Source: Lama glama
Taxonomy: Eukaryota
Assembly (NCBI GenBank): GCA_028534125.1
Contig: CM052822.1
Location: forward strand, 58,962,001 to 59,026,000
Direction: 5' to 3'
Length of the DNA: 64,000 bases
Part shown: positions 1 through 12,600 of the stretch, in pieces
Layout: every line of letters starts with the position of its first letter
How positions within the stretch are numbered: the stretch's first letter is position 1
Notes under the pieces: generated by a model
Database searches by the model: none
What the model was told of the DNA's origin: nothing
The model's input: only the letters and a program-made list of their open reading frames with translations
Translations under genes and position numbers: made by a program

Positions 1-2180
1 CTTCCCTTTCAGTCTAAAGCTTTCAAAATGGCTGGAGGTGAGGCGAGGAGGGAAGAGAAAAATCTGTTTCCACTTAATGCACATGCTTTTCTCCTAAGCT
101 GGAAAGTGGCTCCCGGCTTTCAGATCGACTTGGCAGCCAGCGTACAAAGGGTTCAAGGCTTGCCATGGGTGGGACGTGCTAGTGGCTCAGCTCCAAATAT
201 TTGCATCAAACTACAGAACCGGCCCGATTTGGAGACGAGGCAGTGAGTGTGGCAGATGGCAGATAGTCCTGCTCCACTGGGGCCCAAGATGGGCACCATC
301 TTCCTTTGGCCAAGGCAGCCTCATCCCTGCTCTGCCTGAGCACAGAAAGCATTACTGATTTTTTAGAAACTTCTTTTTTTAGGCAAAGGTGCAAGAAGGC
401 AAAACAAATAAAATCTGGGAGATGCAGTCTAGTTAGAAACATTTCCCTGTCAAACAAGCTAAAATAGAGCTTTTCCTTTGTCAGAAGAATTTAGAATAGA
501 AATCTACATTTCTCCATAGAGCATTGAGTGCAAAAATAAAAAATGGACTATAAATAGAAGTAAGCATGACCCATTCAGCTTCCAAGGACTGGAGCACACA
601 GCCTTCCGAATACCGAATTAGAGCAGTTTATAGCTCTGAGGCCCCTGGTCGTTATATCATCCAGTCCACAAACAGCTTCATAGTTGAGAGCACTGAGCCT
701 GGAAGCAGGTGATCCCTGGGGCACATTCACAGGGCACTTCCTGGGAGAGTGCAGGTCTCCACACTCCCATCCTGTTGCTCCTCCCTGCACCCCCCCACCT
801 GCCTCCCTGACAGCAGCCGCCACCACCTGTCCGTCCACTCACAGTGCGAGATGTCCTGTACGAGGGAGTGAAGTGTCCGGGACGGGCGGGCACAAGGGGT
901 CAGCACATGTGTTCTCTGCACGCTGTTTCCGTGAGAGGACAAGAGGCTGAGTCAGGAGGGGGTCATCGGGGCCTCGGGGTCCTATGAAGAGGGTGCCAAG
1001 CACACGGCACACAGGATGAGAAGGCATGCCCGAGAGGGAGGAGGACAGGTGTCTGACCCACCTGGAATTTTCCATTGTTTTTCCTGATACGTAGAAAAGC
1101 TGCTGTCTTCATGCCAAAAGCTAAGTTTCAGAAAAGCCCAAAAGAAACGACAGTCCTCGCTGTTGTAAGTTGAAGGGGTTTTCTTTCTTTTTTCTCTGTA
1201 TATGGGTGTGTTGGGGGTGGGGGTTACAGTACTGTTTTGCTTTGTTTTTTCACCGAGAGAGTTGGTGGGGAGGTCAGATTTCCCAGCTGGAAGTGCTCCT
1301 CAAACTCAAGCCCTGTGTTCTGGTCGCATTCAGCCCAGGCACAGGGTGGACCCTGGGTGCCCTCCTTCCCTCCCAGCACCCTGTGCTCTTAGACCTGCCC
1401 CCTCTGCTCTCACAGGAGGCTGATCCAAAAGCCATGCTGTGTTCTCAGGGTCCGGGTTTCCCCTCCACTCTGTAGCTGAGGCTGGTGACCCATCTTGTTG
1501 ACGGTGATGTCTGTCTGTCTTTCATGGGGTTGGCAAGTGGGGGAGGAACTAATTACATTTTCCGGCAATTTTTTTTTTTATTAACTCTGATTTTTTNNNN
1601 NNNNNNNNNNNNNNNNNNNNNNNNNNNNNNNNNNNNNNNNNNNNNNNNNNNNNNNNNNNNNNNNNNNNNNNNNNNNNNNNNNNNNNNNNNNNNNNNNNNN
1701 NNNNNNNNNNNNNNNNNNNNNNNNNNNNNNNNNNNNTCAGGGCTGGAGAATTCAATAGGAATAATAAGCATTTATATGGTGCAATGACAACTTTGATACA
1801 GGGCATAATTTTCTGGGGATTGCTATTAATTGTGCTTCTGCCTGTGAATGGCCCCCTGGTGAGGGGCTTTGAACACCACGCAGAGTTAAGCTGTATTAAA
1901 CATCAATTAAAACAGCATAAAATAGAAACGAAATAAAATATGCAAAGGTCAGGATGGCTGTGAACATGCAGATGAGGCCCTGGAGAGAGAGGGTGAGTGC
2001 CTGGTGAGCCCAGTACACTGGTGGATTCATGCTCCTAGTTGCTCTACGCTTTTGAGGTTTCAGGTTTAGTAGGTTTGCTGGAGAGTGAATAATGACACCC
2101 TCTAGCTTCCCCCAGTTCAGTGCTTCCCCAAAAGGGTTTCAGAAAGTCCTCACTGTGGCCAGCGAGAAATGAGAGTCTGC

Positions 2181-2364
2181 CAGCACTGTCCAATCGAACT
2201 TACTTCAGTGGTGGAGATGTTCTTTATCTGTGCTGTCCAGTATAGTAGCCACTAACCACTTCTGGATATTGTGCACTTGAAATGTGGTTAGTGTAATAGA
2301 GACACGGAATGTTGCATGATTTAAACAGCCACATATAGTTAGTGGCCACCATATTGGGCAGCAG
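2181..2364 (+). mobile_element. MER3-like hAT-Charlie MITE
   Basis: CAGCACTGTCCAAT...TGTGCTGTCCAGTATAGTAGCCACTAACCAC...GCACTTGAAATGTGGTTAGTG...AGTGGCCACCATATTGGGCAGCAG matches the MER3 consensus, including its internal palindrome. Confidence 0.8.
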
Positions 2365-2930
2365 AAGACTTTAGACCATTTTTGCCCACACTGAGCACTC
2401 AGGAAATGTTCGATTTGCATTTCACCCTTCTTCCTGAAGCAATCAGTACCTTCTCCCATACCTCTGGCTGTTTTTTCCCAACACTTTTTTCCTGACCCAG
2501 TCTCTCATGCTCTTGACTTAAGCTTCCAAATTCTTTCATGAGGGTGATACACAATGCCACGAAATAAGAAAGGAGAATGGCGCCTGCATCAAAGCCGGCA
2601 GCCTCGTCCTTGCCCCCCTTTTCTCCTGACAGCCCAGAGTCGGGCTAAATACCAGGTGTTTCCTACTCTCCCAGGCAGAAAAGAAGGGAATGGCTTTGGA
2701 TCTCTGGCTGAGATCACAGATCTGCGGTACTGTCACTGTCCCCACTGCATATCTGATTCAGTTGCTGAATCCGACCCTTGAGTTCTCTAGAACCTGCAGG
2801 GATGGCAGAATTTCAGGTCATCCAGGGAACACTCACCTTGAGGTCCCTGAACTGTGACGATAACTTTTCCCACAGCTGCTTCAGCACTTGTTGAATGCTT
2901 AGAGTGAGTCCACTCATTGGAATGACATCA

Positions 2931-3085
2931 CGTAGTGGAACAGAGCACTAGACTTACAATCAAAAACCCCACGTTTAAGTCCTGGCTTCTGCATTTCCTA
3001 AATCCCTGACCTTAACGAGAATCATCCTCCCAAGGCTCCATCTTCTCCAGTAAAAACGACTGTTCTAGAGTGAATGACCTCTGGG
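2931..3085 (+). mobile_element. MIR-family SINE fragment
   Basis: GTAGTGGAACAGAGCACTAGACT...AAGTCCTGGCTTCTGC...TGACCTT resembles the MIR head and core. Confidence 0.5.
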
Positions 3086-4237
3086 TGCTTAGAGGACCAA
3101 GAAAAGAGATCCAGAGAAAGAGGCCTTCTTTGCCTTGAAGCCGTATACCTCCACCCCATTATTCCCTTTAGGTGTCAAGCCTACATTTAAAGCATCCCTT
3201 CCCTGAGGTCACGAGAGGCCTCACCTGTGTCTAGTTAACCACTAATGCTTGGACGTTGTCCAGCACAGACACACCTTGAGTCAGACTGGGTGGCATCGCC
3301 CCCTCCTGGTTGTTACTGTACTCTTGTGAACCTCCGGGAGTCAGCAACAGTACCCAGTTACTTCGGGTCATCCTCAGAGATGGCATCTCAGCCTGTTACA
3401 GGAGGTAGCAGAGGTGCTTGGGCAGTGAGTCCACAAAGCAAAGGAAGGATGTGGGAGTTCCTTGACGAGTGCCGATCATCCTAGCTGGCTTAGTTGTTCG
3501 CCAGCCTCCCTCCACCCAGCAGTCACTAGTCACCGCTCCAGGGATCATCTGCAGCCACCCAGAGCCCCTGTGGTGCTGCCAGCACTGCGCAGCTCACAAA
3601 GGGCCCTGTAGCGTCTCTGACTGAGGAGCTGGTGAGCGGACGCCCTCAGTAGAGGTATTTTTAGCTGTAATGATACAGTCTCATCTTTTTGCAGGATATT
3701 TTGTTTTAGTTATTTTTTAAACGAGGTAAGTAAAATTGAAGGCTATGGTCCCAGCCCTCCATGCCCACACCCAAAACATTTTGATGCAGCCCCATCACCA
3801 CAGGCCTGATTACTCCTGTCCAAGGCCAGGTGCTGAGGCTTAGAGTTTGCCCAGAATACTAGGCCAGAGGGACAGTGTGTACAGAAGGGAGAGGAGCTGG
3901 AAATAGAGGTGGCATAATGCAGACTGGCCTGGTGTGAGGTGCTGGGCCCTCTGGGCAGCTGGCAGCAACTCTCCTTCCAAGCCTCTCAGACCTTTGATGG
4001 TTCTGGGGCTCCTATGAGTTGGCCTCGACTCCTAAAGGTACAGGCAGCCTCGCATTGTACAAGGGATTCTGTTCTGTGGCTTGCTAATAACTTTCTAGTC
4101 CTTTTGTTTTCCTCCCTTTCATCCTGGTCTATGACTTGTCACCTTTTCCTTGACTTTGTTTAATTATACCACGTGATCAGGGCCTATAGGACAATCGAGT
4201 CATGTCAGACCCCATAGCAGGGTCCAGGAGTGATGGG

Positions 4238-4717
4238 CAGTGGCTCTCAGCCCCAGCTGCACACTGGAGTTAGGGGCTGCAGGAGGCTTAGGAAAGAGAC
4301 AGATACCCGGGCCTCTCTCCAATGCTTCTGGCATCATCAAGCACCAGCTTTTTAAGTTCTGCAGGTATATTCGGTGATACCAAAGAATCATTCTGTTGAT
4401 TGTGTTAGGTGTGCTAATGGCGTTGTGGTTATATAAGAAAATGGCCATATTTTTTAGAGATGCATGCTGAAGTTTGGAAGGGCGAAGTGACATCATGTCT
4501 GGGATAGGCTTTAAAATACTTCAACAAAGAAAAAGGGGGATAGATGAACCAAATATGACAAGCTTGATAACTGGTATATGGGAGTTCATGACGATTCTCT
4601 CTCTCCAGTGTTTCACATTTTTCCAATCAAAAGGGTTTTTTTAATAATAAAAAAAATTGTTTTAATTTAAAAGCTCCCCAGGTGATTCTAATGTTCAGCC
4701 AAGGTTGAGAACCAGTG
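4238..4717 (+). mobile_element. MER5-family hAT MITE split by an L1 insertion
   Basis: TIR-like ends CAGTGGCTCTCA (4238) and TGAGAACCAGTG (4717); MER5 3' motif AAGCTCCCCAGGTGATTCTAATG..CAGCCAAGGTTGAGAACC. Confidence 0.75.
4367..4670 (+). mobile_element. Ancient L1M (L1ME/L1MC-like) 3' end
   Basis: TTAGGTGTGCTAATGGCGTTGTGGTTAT...TTTTTAGAGATGCATGCTGAAG...ATGTCTGGGATAGGCTTTAAAATACTTCA, followed by a degenerate A/T tail. Confidence 0.75.
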
Positions 4718-5769
4718 GTTTGAGAGATTAAATTTGGATCTCCATACCCTAGATCAGCTCTGATTTTGAATAATCTAAGACTGACCTTTCAGGATGAGTT
4801 CCCATAAATAATCCGGACCTGAAACTCTTGGTTAGGTGAGGAGCAGGACGGGCATGAAGAACAATCTAGACCTGTGTCTGTAATCGGAGTCCAGAGTGGA
4901 CAGCTAGACTGCTTTGGCTCTTGCACCGACTGACCTGGGTGTCACCCAGCTCTGAGAGCTGCTGTGCCGTGTAGTTTGCCTGCCAGCATTCCCACACTCC
5001 ACCCTGAGGACCTCCCTTGCCACACAGGGAGATGGAAGATGGCTGCATTGTGACATATGCCACAGGAGAGTCCTAAGTGCCTCGTGTTCATCACTATACC
5101 TAGTGGGATTTTCCTGAAGCTGGGCTGGGTGTAGGGGGGCTGAAACTTGCCCATTCCCTCACCCCCAGGAGTCTGCATGCAAGTCTGTGATGGCTCTTTT
5201 GTGTCCTCAGTGCCTATTCCAACTCCCAAGCAGAATTCTGCTCAGCAGGTGGGGCAAACAGCAGCTTGCTGCAGCCCAGCTAAGTGGAGCTGGAAGCTTC
5301 CATGCTCCATCCACACAGCACAGCCTTGCTCAGGACCCTTTGTTCAGGGGCAAGCTGCTGGCTCTTCTTTACTCTGGGGGCTTTGTGATGACACCTAAAC
5401 GTTCAGCAAGGCTGTGTGTTGCTAAGGGAAGCTGAAGCAGAGGAAAGGCTACCAACTGCCGAGGTCAGACAGCCCAGAGCTCCGCTACCAGTAGTATTTC
5501 CTGAGAGCCCGGGGGCCCTCCTTCCCACTCCCAGGGGAAGCCTGGAGACAGTCCTTTCAGCAAACGCCAGCTTGAGAGAGACGCAGCAGTCACCTCCTGC
5601 GCCTCTGTAGGAGGGCCTGGAGCATCTGTCTTCCCCCCAGGGTCTGAGTCACTATTGGTCCTGCCACCGTCCAGTGCCTACATCCAGAATTCCGACTGGG
5701 GGAGTTTCTTCCACGTAAGAACGAGCAGCCTCACAGGCACTGTTTGGACGGGAGGAGGCAGCTTTCCCT

Positions 5770-5950
5770 GACTCCGTGCTGCCCCCCAGTCCGTATCTCC
5801 CCTGTCGCTGCTCTTAGACTTTCCATCTTCGTTGTTTCCCCCGTTGTACTGAGCTCTCCAAGGGCAAGGTCCGAGTCTTTCATCTCCATTGTTCCCCAGC
5901 ACCTGGCCCGGTGCCCGTCACTAGACTAAATAAGCACAGGAATGAAGTGA
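5770..5950 (+). mobile_element. L2 3' end
   Basis: TGAGCTCTCCAAGGGCAAGGTCCGAGTCTT...CCCCAGCACCTGGCCCGGTGCC...AATGAAGTGAA. Confidence 0.65.
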
Positions 5951-6477
5951 ACCAAAGAAGGCCTGTGGCAGGGAGAGCCAGTAGGCTCGGCGTCAGAAAC
6001 CGAACATTGAAAAAAGCCGTTTCTTGTTCTCTTAGGCTTAGGAACCTAAACTGTGCAGTGACCTGGAGCCCAGCCCGAGTCAGTGTGTAGAGCAGTCTGT
6101 GACCAGGGAAGGTTTCTGGCTGGTCAGGGCTAAAGAGAAACTTGCTATTTGTTCTCCTCCCACTTTTCTTTGGAATAAATGGTATTTTCTCTGTGCCTCA
6201 GTTTCTCCCACTTGATATTCATGGGCCTCTGAACAATCTGCCCTCTGTCCCTCCTTGCAAGGGGCTCTGAGGAGAGTGATATGTTTGAAGGAGGGTTTCC
6301 CTTTGTTGTTTCAGGGCCAAGATACCTGTCCAGTTTCCTTGAAGTTACTCTCCTGAACTTCAGTGAAACCTCAGGGCCGCTAGCTCAGCTTAAGCAAACC
6401 CATGTACAAGAAGAGCGTCTGGAGTTAGTGACAGGGCTGTCCTGTCTGACCACGGAGTCTTCTCCCTTGAGTCTGCT

Positions 6478-6636
6478 CTCTCAAGTTTAGAGCAGAGGCG
6501 TGGCCCAAATCACCTTGGATGTATTTTTGAAATATCAAAGTACTGTCTCCAGCGTATCTCATCTAGAGTCTGAACATTGGTATTTTTTAACAGCTCCCTC
6601 AAGCGGGTAATGTGTACTTGGGACCGACAACCACAG
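6478..6636 (+). mobile_element. Degenerate MER5-like MITE
   Basis: CTCTCAAGTTT...AATCACCTTGGA...TATTTTTTAACAGCTCCCTCAAG. Confidence 0.4.
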
Positions 6637-9600
6637 TCTCAGAGAGTCCTCACGCGAAGGATGTGACAGCACTTGAACATCCCACTGCTGGCCTCCTTTC
6701 CCCCACCAAGGAGGGTGGGAGAGCAAAACGTGCTTGCCGCTTCTGGGCTTCCCTGTGTCGCCTTCCTCAGCTAGTTCTGAGGCACGACTCCCATCCCAGA
6801 CTGTGTGATTGATGGTGCAGCCACAGCCCCCACATGCACACACACAGCCCAGTGCTTCTTAACCTTGGGCAGGTGACTGGAGGGGAGATAGATATCTGTG
6901 GACAGTGGTTCGATTTTGTTTTGAAGAGAGGCATTCATGAGGGAGAACAGTCCAGAGATGTCTTTGCAATTTAAGATGGAAAAAAAATTTTTTTTTTAAT
7001 GTAGCTCAAGGTATGCTCACCTGGATAACACCCACCAGCTCCCAGGTATCACCTCCCACCCTCCAGTAGCAGGAACGTCTGCCTTAGCAGTGAGAGGCAA
7101 GGCCAGACACCAGTTGAAGTCCCAGACAGCTTCCCCCCTTCCCTCTGTATCTTGTCAGATATTTCCAGCTTTAAGTCCTTATTTNNNNNNNNNNNNNNNN
7201 NNNNNNNNNNNNNNNNNNNNNNNNNNNNNNNNNNNNNNNNNNNNNNNNNNNNNNNNNNNNNNNNNNNNNNNNNNNNNNNNNNNNNNNNNNNNNNNNNNNN
7301 NNNNNNNNNNNNNNNNNNNNNNNNGATGGCCCCAGCCCTATCCAGTGACGTCCGCCACTCCCATCCTTCTCCTGCCCTGCTTTCCCAGAGATGAAGGGGC
7401 TGGGCCAGGCCTCCCCTGCAGGTCAGCCTGGGGCTACCATGAAGACCACTCTTAGTTCAAGCTCGAGCATATTAACCCAGATGACATGCTAAAGAAAATT
7501 TTTTATAATCTGAACTACATAGGACTAGGGTATAACAAGGTCTAAATTCAGATTATGCAGAAAACACTTGCCAGCCTGCATGAGAGCTAAGTTGTTTTTG
7601 CATGTAGCTTTAGTTCTACCCACTCTGCCTCCTAAGAAGAGCTGAGACTCAGTGGCGAGAGCAAGTGTCAGAAATCACCAATCCTTTTCCTCCCCTCTTC
7701 TCCCTTTAACACAGACTGAGCAACTTCTCTGTGGCCCCTGGGTTTCTCAGATTGGCTCCAGGTGCCAAAAGGTGGTGCCTGTAATCAGTCCCTTTCCTTT
7801 TTCCTTGTCCCTCTCCAAGAGAAATGAAGTGGCAGATAACAGATGTGAGGGGGGTCATGGGTGACCTTGTACACAATGAAAGATATGCCGCAGCAGGGCT
7901 GGGGCCTCACTCTGCCTTTCCCGATGCTGGCTCCCTGCCAAGCCACAGGCGAGGCGCAGGAACGGGGGTCCCATCTAGCAGGCCCAGCCTGAACGAGACC
8001 CTCAGCCATACTGTCTGGCAACAGCCTGCAGCAGGGAGGGATGCTGTGGCAGCAGGCTTCTCGCCCACCTGTGCAGCTTTGGCTCATTCGGGTCCCCTGT
8101 AAACTTAAGGGAGCCCTACAGCTATTGGAATGCCATTGCTGCAGTAAGGCCCATATTCCCATGATTTACCCTGAGGCTTCTTAGCTCACATTATTTCAAG
8201 CATTCTGCTCTATTGGAGAAAACTGTCCTAGTCTGAAGCTGCTTAAACACGGCCCCTAAAGCCAACCCTTTTCATGGGGGAGTATCAGGACTGAAATACA
8301 TTACCTCCTCCCTCTATAATTTGGAGCATTTTCTTCAGGATTAAGGATATTTTTCATCCTTGATACTGATACAATCTATCTTTATTGGCACCCAAGGACC
8401 AATAACAAAGTGAATAAAGAAGACAGGCTGCCTGAAGAGGTTTCTGCTTCTACCCCTACAATTAGAACCAGCCGTTTGTGAGCCCTCGTCCTGGGAAGCA
8501 TGAGACAGTGGATTGAATGGAATTAAGGGGCCTTATTCCACTCCAGACACCACGGTTAGCTGCACCAAGGGGCGGGGTCTGCGCTCTTCTTTCTGATTTG
8601 GTAAGGAAGGAAGGAAGGAGCCTTTACCATTGTCCAGTACCTAGGAACCTTTTTGTTTCTCCAAAGCCACATGACAGGTATCCCCAGACTGGTTGGTTTC
8701 AGGTGCTTCGGGATGGCCCCATTTTCCAGGGCTTCTGTCTAGTATTATATGTTGCTTTCTCTTCCTGCTACAACTGTTGCTTAACCTGTTAACCACGGGA
8801 GACTTAACTCTCTTGGGCCCATTCTCTTCTGACCACATTTTAGTGATCTGCCTGCTTTTGTTTTCAATCCACAAATTCTAGTCATTTAGAACTGCCGGCA
8901 CAGTCCAGGTTCTTGAGTCAGTTCCCAAGGATCAGAGATTGACAGTATTTGTCTTAACCCTTTAACTTTTTTGTAGCCAAAAACCTTACCCAGCAAAAAC
9001 CTGCAGCCAACACACTGCCACCCCACCCTGTACCTCCACTTAGGAGGGAGAGCGGCCCTGGAGCTACCAAGCACAATGTCTAGAGGACAGCAGAGCTCTG
9101 TCTCCACCCCGCTGAGGTCCTTGTCACGTAAGGGTGATTCAGAGGCTTGGAGATTGGGGTGGGGAGGTCCTGGCCGTCTTCAGCCCTCGAAGCTCACTGT
9201 GGCACTGCCCGTAAACCTGCCAAGCCGGGGACCTAGAGGGCCACCACGACTCCCAGAGCTGCCTGCACTGCTCACGTCATCTGGGTGTCTGCTTGATGCC
9301 AGCATGCCTGGGCCCGAGGGGCTGCCTGAGTACACCTGCAGATTGCCCAGGAAGATTGTTCCTGTTCCTCGCAGGCTCCATGTGTTGCATTCACTAGAGC
9401 TTTAGGCATGAGAGGTGGCTCTGTTCTCTCCCGGGACAAGTACAGAAAAGATTCCCCAGCTGATTCTTCCTGGGTCTCAGTTCCAAATGGAAAAGCCACC
9501 CCTACGGGTCCCCCTCGGGGTCTCCCACTCCACACACCACACCCAAGTCCACCTCTGGCCACTTCCCAGCAGCCAAAGGAAACCCGAGCTCCAGCAGCTC

Positions 9601-12600
9601 TGCTCGGGCAGGCTCTTCGCCCTCGTGGTATCTGTAAGCTGGAGCAGTGAGGTCTGAACTTCCAGAACAGAAATGAGATGGCCTTGCGAGGCTGACAAGT
9701 ACAGCACAGCCCGCGTGTGTTTGGGGTGCTGATTTCCACGTATTAAATGGTTCTGGTTGATACTGAAGTTCCTTGCCTCTGTGTGATGGTCAGATTCTGT
9801 ATCAGCCATGACATCCGTGCAGGGGCGGGGGAGAGAAAGCTTTGCTCCTGTGCTCTGGCACCCGAAAGTGGTTCTGTATCCAGCACGGAGTTGCCAGTAG
9901 GGAAGTGCTGAAGTAGCACTCTAGAGAGTCACCAGGGAGACCCCTCCATCTCCTGCCAAGCTCAACAAACCCTGCCCGTGCTCCATTCTGAATCACACCT
10001 CCCTGCAGATTCAGTCCTGCCCCAGTTCAGCACAGGGCACCGCCTGACAGGAAAGTCCTGGGTGTCAGCGAGAGAGGCATTTGAGGAGAAATGAACTGAT
10101 GTAAGAAGGGGGAGTGCCGCTCAGTCATCTTTTAAGTAGAAAGGAAAAGGTCATCAGAGCCATGCGGGGCCTGGGCCGGATTAGTATTGACTCTCTCTCG
10201 CTGCGGCAAAGAGGCCAGCTCACCGGGGCCAGCGCTGGACACTGCCACCCCCGTCCAGCTGCTGACAGCCAAGCACAAAGAAACGTGTGCGTGCCCTGTG
10301 TACACAGATGGGTCTACATGTCAGCATGACCGTTTTTAGCCCTTGCCCGGGAAGGGCAGCCCATGACACAGTAATTTAATTAAATTTGCTTCTCTCCATG
10401 GCCCACATATTTGAAGAGGTTTGGGGTAAAATGAATCTGGCTGAGGAACATTATTCTGGCACTGCCCCAGAGCTGAGCCGCAGTACCATAAAGGGTCTCG
10501 CCATTCTGAATATGGCCCAGGGCATCTGTCTGCACTGCAGGCTCTCTGGCCGGGCTGCCTGCTAGCACATCTGGCAAGGCAGCCTCTGGAAGCAGTCCGT
10601 CTCCATCACAGGGAAGCCCCTCGGGGCAAAATAAGGGGGCTCCCCACCCCCTACCCCAGACCTGCTGGCAGCAGCCTCAGCAATCACTAGGGCCACAGGA
10701 TTAGCTTTCCCACCGACTTGCATGCATGAAAGGGGAGAGGGCAGAACGAGAGGACCACCCCCCCCCGACTGACACTGCAGCCTCAGTATTAGTCACCACC
10801 CCAGTTTCAGTGTTAGCCCACTTGCTGGTGCTTTTTCCTGAACGTGACCGATATTTAGGGACGTGAAATGTATTCCCTACTCTTCCAGCTTACCTGCTAC
10901 CATGTCACCTATCTCAGCTGCTCTTTGTTTTTGTTCATTATGCCTGAGCTTAACCCAAACACTCCACACCCCTAAGACCTTCTCTGCCTCTGCCCTGCAT
11001 TGAGTTCATCAACTCCGCAGGAGGTGCCTGAGCTTTTCCTTTCTCTTCTCCAGCCTGTCCAGAGTGTCTGCCCTTTCATCGTACCACTCACCTCTAGCCT
11101 GTCTCTCAGCCTTTTTTGTCCTAGGTCAGCAGTACCATGCCTGTGAGAGAGGTACATTCTCTGGTTATCTTTGTGTCCCCGCCAAGAGCACATACTCCTG
11201 GCTGGTAACCTCTCCTGCATATTGATAACAGCAGCAGCTCCGAGAGAAGGGGAATTTCTCTGGCACTGTTCATCTCAACACCAGCAGAACACAGGCTGTT
11301 GCTTAGGAGTGGGAATCATTAAAGTCAAGCCATTATTGGAGGGGACCGGTCTCTAGGGGAGCTAGCAGAAATTACCGCTCTCTAATAGATGGAAACTCAT
11401 TTGCTCCAAAGCCCCCGCCCTCCTCTTTATTTCTCTGCGTTCCTCACCTCCCCTTTCTTCCCAGCTTTGAAGCTGAAAAAAGAGGTAACTCTACCCAATC
11501 CAAGATGGCAAATTTCTGAAAAATTAACTTGGTTAAAAGATCCTTGGCTGAAAGCGGCTGCGGTTTTTTGGTTTTTTTTAAAGAATGTTTCCGTTGGGAC
11601 TTTGCTTGAAACCATCATGAAGGAGACACATTCTAATTAAATGTAGGTAATAAAATTCTAGCCAGGGCCACTCTATTCCCCAAGAGAGAATTGTTGAGAT
11701 GGGGGAAGAGGAGGCATTCACTAGCTTCTTAGACTCTTGGTTTGGAGCAGGCCCCGAGTCAGCCTGGGCTGCCTGAGCGTTCCTTGTGAGGGTCCCGTTG
11801 CTTACAGTGCCAGGGCAGGTGGAAGCAGAGCCCTGGACGTCTCTGCTTCTCCAGTGGTCGTGTTGACCTTGAGCAGACTTCTGACACGATGGAGCTCCTG
11901 CAAGCCTTCCTTGCACAAGGATACCTGTTCTTCACAACTCTTCACTTTTGTAGGGAATGGGGAGGGCGGCCTGAGCAACAAATGTTGCTTTCTGTTTGTT
12001 AGCTGTTGGGGCTACCGTCACAGCACATGCCCTGGAACATCTATGGTCAGAGAGAAAAAGTTGCCTCATTTCTCAGCTCTAGCAGTTTGAAGTCAGGAGT
12101 GGGCACCATCTGTCTGAGCGCATTAAGCACAGATATAAAGTACTAGCATGAAAGGCCTTCCCCCTCTTCCGCTCTCTCCCTGGAAGCAAAGGGTACAGGA
12201 TTGCACCAAACTGCAAACTCCAGGGTGCACCAATCACTGTATAGGTATAGCTTCTGTAAATGGCACTCCCTGGAGTTGTAAGTCCTGGTGGCCCTCCCTG
12301 CCGGCGTTCAGTAATGGTGCTGAGTTGAGAAACCAGAACCCAGGGGCCTGCATCCCCAGCTAGCAGACACTGGCAGTCCCATCCCCTGGGGTTCATTTTC
12401 CTCACAAATAGAATGAAGAAGGTCCAACTAGGTTGTCTGGATTAACTTGGGAATTCCCTTCACTGTCTCCACATCCCTGAAGTTAGAAGCCATACAGTGT
12501 CACTCTGTCCTCAGTGTTCGCTGCTGTCCCAAGGTGGACCAGTAGCCTTGATAACACACCTGATGTGCTGAAACTAGAGGCACAGGGAATTGGCCGGTTC

